NCBI GenBank assembly: GCA_947588605.1
Contig: CANPYK010000010.1
Span: 3,082 to 67,081 of the forward strand
Length of the DNA: 64,000 nucleotides
Reading direction: 5' to 3'
DNA from: an uncultured Oscillospiraceae bacterium
GTDB taxonomy: Bacteria > Bacillota > Clostridia > Oscillospirales > Oscillospiraceae
The notes under the pieces were generated by a model. That model searched no databases. It was not told the DNA's origin and saw nothing but the letters and a program-made list of their open reading frames with translations. Shown here piece after piece: positions 43,928 to 54,757 of the stretch. Position 1 is the stretch's first letter. Every line of letters starts with the position of its first letter. The translations under genes were made by a program, and so were the position numbers.

Positions 43928-45277
43928 ATGGGAAAGTATTTTGGTACGGACGGTTTCCGCGGCGAGGCGAATGTGGGCCTCACCGTGGACCACGCTTTTA
44001 AGATAGGCCGGTTTCTGGGCCGGTATTACGGCGGGGAGCACAAGTGCCGCGTGGTCATCGGCAAGGACACCCGGCGCTCCAGCTACATGTACGAGGCGGC
44101 GCTGACCGCCGGCCTCACGGCCTCGGGGGCGGACGTGTATCTTCTGCACGTCACCACCACGCCGTCGGTGAGCTACATAACCAGGATCGACGACTTCGAT
44201 TGCGGCATCATGATCTCCGCCAGCCACAATCCATACTACGACAACGGCATCAAGCTCCTCAATTCCGCCGGCGAGAAGATGGACGAGGACGTGCTGGAGC
44301 TCATCGAGCGCTACCTTGACGGGGACCCCGAGGAGCTGGAGTACGCCACGCGCAGTGAGATCGGCCGCACCATCGACTACTCCGCCGGCCGCAACCGGTA
44401 CATCGGCTACCTCATCAGCCTCGCCACCCACTCCTATAAGGGCAAGCGCGTGGGCTTAGACTGCGCCAACGGCTCCACCTCCATGATCGCCAAGAGCGTT
44501 TTCGACGCCCTGGGGGCGGACACCTACGTCATCAACAACAACCCCAACGGCCTGAACATCAACTTAAATTGCGGCTCCACCCACATCGAACAGCTCCAGC
44601 GCCTGGTGGTGGGCAACGACCTGGACGTGGGCTTCGCCTTTGACGGCGACGCCGACAGGTGCCTGGCGGTGGACGAGAAGGGGCGGCTCATCGACGGCGA
44701 CCTCATCCTCTACATCTACGGCAAGCACATGAAGGAGCGGGGCAAGCTGGAGAACACCCACGTGGTCACCACCGTCATGTCCAACATCGGCCTTTATAAG
44801 GCGCTGGAGGCCGCCGGCATCGGCTTTGAGGTCACGGACGTGGGGGATAAGTACGTCTGGGAGAACATGCGCCGCACCGGCAACCGCATCGGCGGGGAGC
44901 AGTCGGGGCACATCATTTTCTCCAAATACGCCACCACCGGCGACGGCGTCCTCACCGCCATCAAGCTCATGCAGGCCATGCTGGACACCAAACAGCCCCT
45001 CTCGAAGCTGGCAGAGCCCGTCACCATCTATCCCCAGGTCCTGCGCAACCTCAGGGTCTTCGATAAGGAGGCCGCCATGAACGACTTGGACGTGCGGCAA
45101 GCCGAGCAGAAGGCCAAGGAGATCTTAGGCAATAACGGCCGGGTGCTCCTCCGGGCCAGCGGCACGGAGCCCTTAGTGCGCGTCATGGCCGAGGCCCCCA
45201 CGGAAGAGGAGTGCAACGCCGTCATCGACATCATCGCCTCCGTCATCGAGGAGAAGGGGTACGTGGACCATGGTTGA
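43928..45277 (+). CDS. glmM: Phosphoglucosamine mutase
   Basis: MGKYFGTDGFRG..., active-site ISASHNPYYDNGIK, FDGDADR, GEQSGH. Confidence 0.95.
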   Translation: MGKYFGTDGFRGEANVGLTVDHAFKIGRFLGRYYGGEHKCRVVIGKDTRRSSYMYEAALTAGLTASGADVYLLHVTTTPSVSYITRIDDFDCGIMISASHNPYYDNGIKLLNSAGEKMDEDVLELIERYLDGDPEELEYATRSEIGRTIDYSAGRNRYIGYLISLATHSYKGKRVGLDCANGSTSMIAKSVFDALGADTYVINNNPNGLNINLNCGSTHIEQLQRLVVGNDLDVGFAFDGDADRCLAVDEKGRLIDGDLILYIYGKHMKERGKLENTHVVTTVMSNIGLYKALEAAGIGFEVTDVGDKYVWENMRRTGNRIGGEQSGHIIFSKYATTGDGVLTAIKLMQAMLDTKQPLSKLAEPVTIYPQVLRNLRVFDKEAAMNDLDVRQAEQKAKEILGNNGRVLLRASGTEPLVRVMAEAPTEEECNAVIDIIASVIEEKGYVDHG

Positions 45278-45929
45278 GACAAAGGAGCTTCTGGACCTCA
45301 CAAGGTCCCTGGCGGGCCCGTATCTGGCCGGATGCCAGTATCCCTGGCAGGCGCTGGACCGGATAGGGGAGTGGTGTATCGCCATCGGGGAGGCCCTTCC
45401 CGAGGCGGAATTTGAAAAGCGGGGGGAGAACGTCTGGGTCGCCCGGGACTCCGTTATTTACCCCACGGCGTGGATCGCGGGCCCCTGTATCATCGGCCAC
45501 AGGACGGAGGTCCGCCACGGGGCCTTCATCCGGGGGAACGCCATCGTGGGGGACGACTGCGTGGTGGGCAACTCCGTGGAGCTTAAAAACGTCATCCTCT
45601 TCGACAACGTCCAGACGCCCCACTATAACTATGTTGGCGATTCGATTTTAGGCTACAGGTCCCACATGGGCGCGGGGTCCATCACCTCCAACGTCAAGTC
45701 CGACAAGACCTTAGTGGCGGTGAAGGCCGGCGGGGAGCGGCTGGAGACGGGCCGGAAGAAGTTCGGCGCGGTCCTCGGCGACTTCGTGGAGGTGGGGTGC
45801 AACAGCGTCCTCAACCCCGGCACGGTCCTGTGCCGTAAGGTCAGCGTCTATCCCACCAGCAGCGTCCGGGGCGTCGTCCCGGAAAATCACATCTACAAGG
45901 ACCGGGACCACATCGTCCCGAGGATATAA
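45270..45929 (+). CDS. Left-handed beta-helix (hexapeptide-repeat) transferase, GlmU C-terminal-like
   Basis: Hexapeptide repeats (IIGHRTEVRHGAFIRGNAIVGDDCVVGNSVELKNVILFD...). Overlaps glmM by 8 nt. Confidence 0.7.
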   Translation: MVETKELLDLTRSLAGPYLAGCQYPWQALDRIGEWCIAIGEALPEAEFEKRGENVWVARDSVIYPTAWIAGPCIIGHRTEVRHGAFIRGNAIVGDDCVVGNSVELKNVILFDNVQTPHYNYVGDSILGYRSHMGAGSITSNVKSDKTLVAVKAGGERLETGRKKFGAVLGDFVEVGCNSVLNPGTVLCRKVSVYPTSSVRGVVPENHIYKDRDHIVPRI

Positions 45930-45935
45930 TAAAAA

Positions 45936-45966
45936 AGCGGCGGTCCGCTTTTGGCAGGCCGCCGCT
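45936..45966. terminator. Bidirectional terminator between the LbH gene and gpmI
   Basis: AGCGGCGG-15 nt-CCGCCGCT flanked by A and T runs. Confidence 0.65.
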
Positions 45967-45980
45967 TTGATAAAGAGCTT

Positions 45981-47558
<1,578 letters not shown>

Positions 47559-47705
47559 AGTTATCAACCGCCTTTACGTTTATTGCTGTGTGGTTCGCTG
47601 TATGTATAGAGTACCGCAAAGAACGAAAAAAGTCAATTCCCAAGCCGCCCTTCCCGGCGGCAAATTTCGAAAATCCAAATCCACAGCCAGAAAAGAGGGA
47701 ACCGT

Positions 47706-48476
47706 ATGCGCGTTGTCATCAAGGTCGGGTCGTCCACACTCAGCTATCCCACGGGGCGGATGAACATTCGCCGGGTGGAGGCGCTTGTCAGGGTCCTCAG
47801 CGACCTTAAAAACGCCGGGCACGAGGTCATTTTCGTCTCCTCCGGTGCCATCGCCATGGGCGTGGGCAAGCTGGGACTCGCGAAGCGCCCGGAGGACATC
47901 CCCGGCAAACAGGCCGCCGCGGCGGTGGGGCAGTGCGAGCTCATGTACACCTACGACAAGCTCTTCTCCGAATACTCCCACACCGTGGCGCAGATTTTGC
48001 TCACGGCGGCGGACATCGAGGACGAAAAGCGCCACGAGAACTTCAAAAACACCGTCCTGCGCCTTCTTGAGATCGGCGCCGTCCCTATCGTCAACGAAAA
48101 CGACACCGTGGCTACGGAGGAGATCGTCATCGGCGACAACGACACCCTGGCCGCCGTGGTGGCCGTCAGCGTCAAGGCGGACCTCCTCATCCTCATGAGC
48201 GACATCGACGGCCTCTATACCGCGGACCCCAGAAGGGACGACCGGGCGGAGATCATCGAGACGGTGCGGGAGCTCACCCCCGCCGTCCTGGAGCTGGCCG
48301 GCGGCTCCGGCAGCGCCCTCGGCACCGGCGGGATGCGCACGAAGCTCCACGCGGCCCAAATTGCCACCGACGCCGGGGTGGACATGCTCATCATGAACGG
48401 CAGCAAGCCCGAACGCCTCTACGACGCCCTGGAGGGCAAGGCCGTGGGCACCAGATTTATCGGGAGGACCGTATGA
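47706..48476 (+). CDS. proB: Glutamate 5-kinase (no PUA domain)
   Basis: VIKVGSSTL..., [32 protein letters not shown]. Confidence 0.93.
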   Translation: MRVVIKVGSSTLSYPTGRMNIRRVEALVRVLSDLKNAGHEVIFVSSGAIAMGVGKLGLAKRPEDIPGKQAAAAVGQCELMYTYDKLFSEYSHTVAQILLTAADIEDEKRHENFKNTVLRLLEIGAVPIVNENDTVATEEIVIGDNDTLAAVVAVSVKADLLILMSDIDGLYTADPRRDDRAEIIETVRELTPAVLELAGGSGSALGTGGMRTKLHAAQIATDAGVDMLIMNGSKPERLYDALEGKAVGTRFIGRTV

Positions 48477-49717
48477 CCACACAGGACATTCTGAAAAAAG
48501 CCAAAGCCGCCGCCCCGTCGCTGTCAAACCTTTCGACGGACCGGAAAAACGCGGCCATCGAGGCCATGGCCGCGTCGCTGGAGGCCGCCGCGGAGGCGAT
48601 TTTGGCGGCCAACCGGCTGGACATGGACGCCGCCCGGGGGCACATCTCCGACGTGATGCTGGACCGCCTGATGCTCACAGGCGCGCGCGTGCGCGCCATG
48701 GCCGACGGGATGCGGGACGTGGCGAAGCTCCCGGACCCCGTTTGGCGGACGCTGGAGAGCGTCATGCGGCCAGACGGGCTGAGGATCGACAAGGTCTCCG
48801 TGCCCCTGGGCGTCGTGGCCATCATCTACGAATCCCGCCCCAACGTCACCTCCGACGCCGCCGTGCTGGCCTTCAAATCCGGCAACGTATGCGTCCTCCG
48901 GTCCGGCAAGGAGGCGTGGCGAAGCGCCGCCGCCGTCACCGCCGCCCTGCGGGAGGGCCTGAAAAAGGCGGGGCTGTGTGAAGATTATGTTAACCTTATC
49001 GAGGATATCACTAGAAATTCCGCCAATGAATTAATGACGGCCACGGGGTATGTGGACCTGCTCATTCCGAGGGGCGGCGCGGGCCTCATCCGGGCCTGCG
49101 TGGAGAACGCCACGGTGCCGTGCCTCGAGACGGGCACGGGTATCTGCCACATCTACGTGGACGAGTACGCGGACCTTGAAAAGGCGGTTCGGATCATCGT
49201 CAACGCCAAGACAAGCCGCCCCTCGGTGTGCAACGCCGAGGAGGTGTGCCTTGTCCACGCCGCCGTGGCGGAGCGGTTCCTGCCCCTGCTGAAAAAGGCC
49301 CTGGTGGACGACCGGGAAAGGCCCGTGGAGCTGAGGCTGGATGAAAGGGCCATGGGCATCATTGACGGCACCCCCGCGGGGGAACGGGACTTCGACACGG
49401 AGTTTCTCGACTACATCCTGGCGGTGAAGGTGGTGGACAGCGTGGAGGAGGCCATTTCTCACATCGCCGCCCACTCCACCCACCACTCCGAGGCCATCGT
49501 CACGGAGAACGCGGAGAATCAGGAAAAATTCCTCCGCGCCGTGGACAGCGCGGCGGTGTATGTCAACGCCTCCACCCGCTTCACCGACGGCGGCGAGTTC
49601 GGCCTGGGGTGCGAGATGGGCATCTCCACCCAGAAGCTCCACGCCCGCGGCCCCGTGGGCCTTCGGGAGCTGACGACCTACAAATACGTGGTGGTCGGGA
49701 ACGGCCACATACGATAA
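48473..49717 (+). CDS. proA: Glutamate-5-semialdehyde dehydrogenase
   Basis: ATGA overlap with pro[10 protein letters not shown], ...[10 protein letters not shown]..., [20 protein letters not shown]. Confidence 0.93.
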   Translation: MTTQDILKKAKAAAPSLSNLSTDRKNAAIEAMAASLEAAAEAILAANRLDMDAARGHISDVMLDRLMLTGARVRAMADGMRDVAKLPDPVWRTLESVMRPDGLRIDKVSVPLGVVAIIYESRPNVTSDAAVLAFKSGNVCVLRSGKEAWRSAAAVTAALREGLKKAGLCEDYVNLIEDITRNSANELMTATGYVDLLIPRGGAGLIRACVENATVPCLETGTGICHIYVDEYADLEKAVRIIVNAKTSRPSVCNAEEVCLVHAAVAERFLPLLKKALVDDRERPVELRLDERAMGIIDGTPAGERDFDTEFLDYILAVKVVDSVEEAISHIAAHSTHHSEAIVTENAENQEKFLRAVDSAAVYVNASTRFTDGGEFGLGCEMGISTQKLHARGPVGLRELTTYKYVVVGNGHIR

Positions 49718-49732
49718 AAAGGAGATAGGACA

Positions 49733-50539
49733 ATGTTTGACTTCGGATTCATCGGCGTGGGCCACATGGGCGCCACGCTGGCCAACGCCGTCATCGCCAA
49801 GGTGGGCGGGGAGCGGTGCGCCGCCTGTGACATCGACGCCGGCAAGGCCAAGCTCTACGCCGCCGGGAAGGGCTGTACGGCCCTCACGGTCCCGGAGACG
49901 GCGGAGCGGTGCCGCGTCATCTTCCTGGGGGTCAAGCCCCAGAATATGGCGGAGCTCCTGGAGCAGATCGCGCCCATTTTGCAAAGGCGCACAGACTACG
50001 CCCTGGTGACCATGGCCGCCGGCATCACCGTCGGGACCTTGCAAACCATGCTGGGCTTCCCCGCGCCGGTCCTGCGGATCATGCCCAACACCCCCGCCGC
50101 CGTGGGGGAGGGGTGTATGCTCTGGTGCGCCTCCCCGGAGCTTCCGGCGGACACCCGGGACGCGATCCTCGCCGCCCTGAGCCTCACAGGGCAGCTGGTG
50201 GAGACGCCGGAGGCGCTGATCGACGCCGGGTGCGCCGTCTCCGGCTGCGGCCCGGCCTTTGTCTATGAGTTCATCCTGGCCCTGGCAAAAGCGGGGGAGA
50301 CCCTGGGTCTCGCCCCCGAGACGGCGTTGAAGCTGGCCGAGCAGACCGTCCTGGGCGCGGCGAAGCTGGCCGTGGAGTCCCGCGAGGACCCCCGCGCCCT
50401 CTGCGCCCAGGTCTGCTCTCCCGGCGGCTCCACCATCGAGGGCGTCAAGAGCCTGGAGACCGGCCCCTTTGCCGCCGAGGTGGAAAAGGCCGTCGCGGCC
50501 TCCTTCCGGCGCACCGTAGAGCTGGGGAAGGGGAGCTGA
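49733..50539 (+). CDS. proC: Pyrroline-5-carboxylate reductase
   Basis: FGFIGVGHMG, LGVKPQ, IMPNTPAAVGEG, SPGGSTIEG. Confidence 0.92.
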   Translation: MFDFGFIGVGHMGATLANAVIAKVGGERCAACDIDAGKAKLYAAGKGCTALTVPETAERCRVIFLGVKPQNMAELLEQIAPILQRRTDYALVTMAAGITVGTLQTMLGFPAPVLRIMPNTPAAVGEGCMLWCASPELPADTRDAILAALSLTGQLVETPEALIDAGCAVSGCGPAFVYEFILALAKAGETLGLAPETALKLAEQTVLGAAKLAVESREDPRALCAQVCSPGGSTIEGVKSLETGPFAAEVEKAVAASFRRTVELGKGS

Positions 50540-50540
50540 C

Positions 50541-51638
50541 ATGGAGCGGCTTCGTTTCGGCGTGGTGGGCGTGGGGACCATCGGCGCCAAGCACATAAGT
50601 CTCATCGGGGAGAAGGTGCCGGATGCCGCCGTCACGGGCGTGTGCATCCGCTCGCCGGAGCGCCGGGAGCGCTTTTGCGCCGAACACCCGGACATCGTTG
50701 CCTTCGAAACGGCGGAGGAGCTCTACCACAGCGGCCTTGTGGACGCGGCCTTGGTGTGTACCCCCCACGGTGACCACCCCGCGAAGGCCATCGCCGCCTT
50801 TGACGCGGGCCTGCACGTCCTGACGGAGAAGCCCGCGGGGATGTACACGGCCCAGGTGCTGGAGATGGACCGCGCCGCCGCGCGCTCCGGCAGGGTCTAC
50901 GGCATCATGTACAACCAGCGCGCCGATCCGGTTTACCAAAAGATCCGGGAGATGGTGGGGAGCGGCGCCCTCGGCGGGCTCAAGCGCGTCACCTGGACCG
51001 TCACCGACTGGTACCGCTCTCAGGCTTATCACGACCAGAGCCCCTGGCACTCCACCTGGGCCGGGGAGGGCGGCGGCGTGGTCATCAACCAAAGCATCCA
51101 TCAGCTGGACCTGTGGCAGTGGATGTTCGGTATGCCGGACACCGTCTGGGCCAGGGCATCCTTTGGGAAGTACCACCATATCGAGGTGGACGACGACGTG
51201 ATGGCCCACTTCGAGTACAAAAACGGCCCCACCGGCCAATACATCACCTCCACCGGCGAGGCCCCCGGCACCAACCGGCTGGAGATCGCCTGCGATATGG
51301 GCAAGCTTGTGTGTGAGGACGGAAGGCTTACCTTTTATAAAAACTCCGTCTCCGAGCGGGAGTTTGAGCGGGAAAACCGGGAGCCCTTCGCCCGCCCCGG
51401 CTATGAGACGCTGGACGTCACCCCGGAGCCCTTGGGCCTTGCCGGACACGCCGCTATTTTGGAAAATTTCACCTCCTCCGTTCTCCGGGGCACGCCCCTG
51501 CTGGCGCCGGGGGAGGAGGGCATCCGCGCCGTGACCATGGCCAACGCCATCCTGCTCTCCGCCTGGACAGGGGAGACCGTGGACCTGACGCATTTCCCCC
51601 ACGACCGCTACCTCCGGCTCCTGAAGGCCAGAATGTAA
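50541..51638 (+). CDS. Gfo/Idh/MocA-family oxidoreductase
   Basis: N-terminal Rossmann fold LRFGVVGVGTIGAKH and ...VCTPHGDHP...LTEKP. Confidence 0.8.
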   Translation: MERLRFGVVGVGTIGAKHISLIGEKVPDAAVTGVCIRSPERRERFCAEHPDIVAFETAEELYHSGLVDAALVCTPHGDHPAKAIAAFDAGLHVLTEKPAGMYTAQVLEMDRAAARSGRVYGIMYNQRADPVYQKIREMVGSGALGGLKRVTWTVTDWYRSQAYHDQSPWHSTWAGEGGGVVINQSIHQLDLWQWMFGMPDTVWARASFGKYHHIEVDDDVMAHFEYKNGPTGQYITSTGEAPGTNRLEIACDMGKLVCEDGRLTFYKNSVSEREFERENREPFARPGYETLDVTPEPLGLAGHAAILENFTSSVLRGTPLLAPGEEGIRAVTMANAILLSAWTGETVDLTHFPHDRYLRLLKARM

Positions 51639-51713
51639 CGGCGTTTTTGAAAAAACGGGTTACATGGCACGCTCATGCCATTTTCCTGAAGAAAACCTTA
51701 TGGAGGCAGTAGA

Positions 51714-52946
51714 ATGAAAAAGACACACATCAAGACTCCGGCGCTCCTTTTGGCGCTGGCGATGGCCCTTGCCATGCTCGCCGGGTGTTCCGGCCGGAGT
51801 GAAAATCCGGACAGCGCCGGCGCCGGGGGGAGTAATTCCGATGCCGCAAAGCCCGGCGACAGCGAGCCCGCGCCCGGTCCCGGGCCGGAGCTTCCCGCCC
51901 TTGGCCGGGAGTACGCCGGGGAGGCCGACCCCGCCGCGGCCATCGCGGCGAAGGCCGCGGAAATATTGGAGGGGCTTTCCGAGGGCGTCCGCCCGGCCTG
52001 GGATGACAAGTCCGTCACCGGCGGAGACCCGGCGGATACGGCGTTTAAGTATGGCGGCTTGAATTATTCCAATGAGGGCAGCACCGTCATGACCTTCAAC
52101 GTGTCGTGGAGCGTTGAGGACAGCTCTCTCCGGCAGATCTCCATGACCGTCCGCAATACCGGCAGCGTGGACATCGAAGCCGTTCGGAACGCCGTGCTGT
52201 CCGACGCCCTCATGGAGGGCATGGAGGCGTTCAGGGAGAAGCTGTTCACCCAGGAGGCATGGAAGTCCATCGGGGAGACCGTGGCGCACAGCGCGGACGG
52301 TTATGTGCTGAGGGAGTCCGGCTTCACCGGCATATATCAGTTGGTCCTTACAAACGCGGGAGCGGATCTTCATAAGGACGGGCACTTCATCTACAGCGCG
52401 GACGGCGGTGAGGCCGCGGTATGCGGCCTCGTCGAGGACGACGGCCTGCCGCAAAACCTTATTATCCCCGAGTCCCTGGGCGGCTGCCCGGTGAAGACCG
52501 TGAGCTTTACCTTTATTATCGCCGAGAACGTGAGCAGCGGACAGCGCGCCGTCGCCATACCGAAAACGGCGGAGACCGTAGTGATGGACAACGCCCTTCC
52601 GGCCATTTTCATCCTGCCGGAGACGGTGAAGACGCTGAGCTTCCCAAACACGGTACCCATCCAGGCCTCCGCGCCCACGATCATGTGTACCGGCCGGGAG
52701 ACGAAGCTGGAGGCGGGCCCGTTCATAGAGGGTGTGGTGAGCTTCACGGGCCGGAAGCCCACCGTCCTTGCGTTCTTCGGTTCCGAGCTTGCCGAGTACG
52801 CCCGGGAGCATGAGTGGAATGTAAGCTTGTTAGACGACATGGAGGACGGGGATCCTCAGGACCCGGAGGCCAGGGAACAGCTTGAAAAGCTCAAGGCCGG
52901 CGACTACTCCGTCCTGGAGAACGCCTGGAAGTTCAGCTCCGACTGA
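51714..52946 (+). CDS. Lipoprotein with a C-terminal leucine-rich-repeat-like (BspA-type) region
   Basis: Lipobox AMLAGCSG. Repeats of the form IPESL..C.VKTVSF / IPKTAETVVMDNAL / LPETVKTLSF. Confidence 0.65.
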   Translation: MKKTHIKTPALLLALAMALAMLAGCSGRSENPDSAGAGGSNSDAAKPGDSEPAPGPGPELPALGREYAGEADPAAAIAAKAAEILEGLSEGVRPAWDDKSVTGGDPADTAFKYGGLNYSNEGSTVMTFNVSWSVEDSSLRQISMTVRNTGSVDIEAVRNAVLSDALMEGMEAFREKLFTQEAWKSIGETVAHSADGYVLRESGFTGIYQLVLTNAGADLHKDGHFIYSADGGEAAVCGLVEDDGLPQNLIIPESLGGCPVKTVSFTFIIAENVSSGQRAVAIPKTAETVVMDNALPAIFILPETVKTLSFPNTVPIQASAPTIMCTGRETKLEAGPFIEGVVSFTGRKPTVLAFFGSELAEYAREHEWNVSLLDDMEDGDPQDPEAREQLEKLKAGDYSVLENAWKFSSD

Positions 52947-52965
52947 TTTTATCCCAACTCAAAAA

Positions 52966-53003
52966 GGTCCCGGCCGTGTATGCCCGCGGCCGGGACCTTT
53001 TTT
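52966..53003 (+). terminator. Rho-independent terminator after the LRR lipoprotein gene
   Basis: GGTCCCGGCCG-10 nt-CGGCCGGGACC followed by TTTTTT. Confidence 0.85.
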
Positions 53004-53004
53004 A

Positions 53005-53095
53005 TACTAATATCTATTTAAAAGGAGACACCGAGCGGCGCGAAAAAGGCCGTCGCGAATGTCTTGTTTTAACTAGATATTAGTATTATACGCCA
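53005..53095. repeat. Long imperfect hairpin with perfect 12-bp AT-rich outer arms
   Basis: TACTAATATCTA (53005-53016) pairs with TAGATATTAGTA (53084-53095). Inner TTAAAA/TTTTAA and GAGACA/TGTCTT extend the stem. Confidence 0.6.
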
Positions 53096-53099
53096 ACTG

Positions 53100-53128
53100 T
53101 TGACAGGACCGCGTGGAAGTGGTATTAT
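53100..53128 (+). promoter_or_regulatory. Candidate promoter of the padR-like operon
   Basis: TTGACA-17 nt-TATTAT. Confidence 0.65.
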
Positions 53129-53141
53129 TACGCTATACGAT

Positions 53142-53158
53142 ATATCGCTACGCGATAT
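53142..53158. promoter_or_regulatory. Inverted repeat ATATCGC-TAC-GCGATAT (candidate PadR operator)
   Basis: Perfect 7-bp arms between the -10 and the start codon. Overlaps a second palindrome, CGATATATCG (53138-53147). Confidence 0.5.
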
Positions 53159-53175
53159 AGTTGGGAGGGGTAGGC

Positions 53176-53484
53176 GTGGAGGACTCGGGGCCCATGACGG
53201 AGGCCATGTACTATGTGCTTTTGGCGCTTACGCGGCCGGACCACGGCTACGGGCTGATGCAGAGAATTCGGGAGCTCACCGGCGGCCGGGTGGTCATGGG
53301 GCCGGGGACGCTCTACGGCATCATCACCAGGCTCCGGCGGGAGAAGTACATCACTCTCAAGGAAGAGGACGGCCGGAGAAAGACCTACCTCATAACCAAA
53401 AAGGGCCGGGAGGCGCTCCTGGAGGAGTACCGGCGGCTCAGGAGATTGGTGGAGGACGGGAGGGAGCTTGAAAGTGAAAATTAG
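53176..53484 (+). CDS. PadR-family transcriptional regulator
   Basis: YYVLLALTRPDHGYGLMQRI...GTLYGIITRLRREKYI...RKTYLITKKGREAL. GTG start with a GGGAGG SD; an ATG at 53194 is an alternative. Confidence 0.85.
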   Translation: MEDSGPMTEAMYYVLLALTRPDHGYGLMQRIRELTGGRVVMGPGTLYGIITRLRREKYITLKEEDGRRKTYLITKKGREALLEEYRRLRRLVEDGRELESEN

Positions 53485-54622
53485 ATACGCCTTTCACCCG
53501 GAGGACTACTGCGTGGGGGAAAACGAGCGCTTTTACACCGAAATGGCCGCCTGGGGCTGGGGACTTGTGAACCGCGGGCGCTGTCTGAGCCGCTTTGAGC
53601 GCCGGGAGCCGGCGGACGACGTCTACCGCGTCGAGGTGGACTACCGGGATTTTCCCGAGGACCGGCTGGAGCTCTACCGGGAGTGCGGCTGGGAGCTTGT
53701 GACCAAGCGGGGCTTTGTAAACGTCTTCCGCGCAGGCGCCGGGGCGGATGCGCCGGAGCTCTACGACCACCCCGCGGAGCAGGCGGAGACGATTCGGCGC
53801 ATGAGACGCCGGAGCAGGCTCACAAATCTCCTGGCCCTGGCGCTGCTGCTGCCGTATTTGGCGGCGCTTGTCTCCCTGGGCGGGGGACCGGGTCAGCTGG
53901 CGGCGGAGATAGTCTATCTGGCGGTGAACCTGCCGGGGCTCCTGGCCTTGTATACGGTGCTGCTGGTGTATTCTATCCTCCTGGGAATCGACGGCTCGGT
54001 GCGCCTCCGCCGACTCATAAAGCGCCTGGAGGGCGGCCTGCCCCTGGACCACACGCCCAAAAGGCGCGGCACCGCCCATATCTGGGCGGTCATCGTCCTG
54101 GTGGCGCTGTGTCTGGGCTCCGTTGCGGCGGAGGTTGTCACCTACAGGAGAACCGAGCCTATGCCGGAAAAGTCCGACGGAGTTTACATAACGCTGGCGG
54201 ACTTGGGCTTTGACGGGGAGCGCCGCGGCATCCTGAGCCCGGAGGACCGGTCGGGAGCGGAGAAGGTGTGGACGCCCATGGCGGACGTCACCCACGCCCG
54301 GGAGACCGTGGACCACGCCGGCGACTGGGTGAGCATGGACCAGGACATCTACCGCCTGCGGATACCGGCGCTGGCCGGCCCCATGGCCCGGGCGCTGATG
54401 GAGAGGTCCGACATCACCCGGGACACGGCGGAGTTTGAAAAGATCGACGTCCCCGGCTGGGACACGGCGCGGGCCGCCGAATTTGAGTGCGTCGCCACCC
54501 GCGGCGGCACGGCGGTGCGCGTATACCTTTTCCTGCCCCAGAACACCTCCCCGCCGGAGCGGGCGGAGGTATTCACCCGCATCCTGACCGAGATCGCCAA
54601 GCGCCTGGACGCCAATTCCTGA
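53474..54622 (+). CDS. DUF2812-like membrane protein (PadR-associated)
   Basis: N-terminus KIRYAF...ERFYTEMAAWGWGLV, two or more TM helices. Overlaps the padR-like gene, which is the usual pairing. Confidence 0.65.
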   Translation: MKIRYAFHPEDYCVGENERFYTEMAAWGWGLVNRGRCLSRFERREPADDVYRVEVDYRDFPEDRLELYRECGWELVTKRGFVNVFRAGAGADAPELYDHPAEQAETIRRMRRRSRLTNLLALALLLPYLAALVSLGGGPGQLAAEIVYLAVNLPGLLALYTVLLVYSILLGIDGSVRLRRLIKRLEGGLPLDHTPKRRGTAHIWAVIVLVALCLGSVAAEVVTYRRTEPMPEKSDGVYITLADLGFDGERRGILSPEDRSGAEKVWTPMADVTHARETVDHAGDWVSMDQDIYRLRIPALAGPMARALMERSDITRDTAEFEKIDVPGWDTARAAEFECVATRGGTAVRVYLFLPQNTSPPERAEVFTRILTEIAKRLDANS

Positions 54623-54713
54623 AATCATAGTGGAGTGATTAACGACGCGCTTTTGCGGGCGTGGAACACCATCATCGGCGATACGCGGATACCCGTTCCA
54701 AAAGAATAAAATC

Positions 54714-54737
54714 GCCCCGCCGGAAACCCGGCGGGGC
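54714..54737. terminator. Bidirectional terminator between the DUF2812 gene and the permease gene
   Basis: GCCCCGCCGG-AAAC-CCGGCGGGGC with AT-rich flanks. Confidence 0.75.
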
Positions 54738-54757
54738 AATCATTTACTCGGTGTAGC

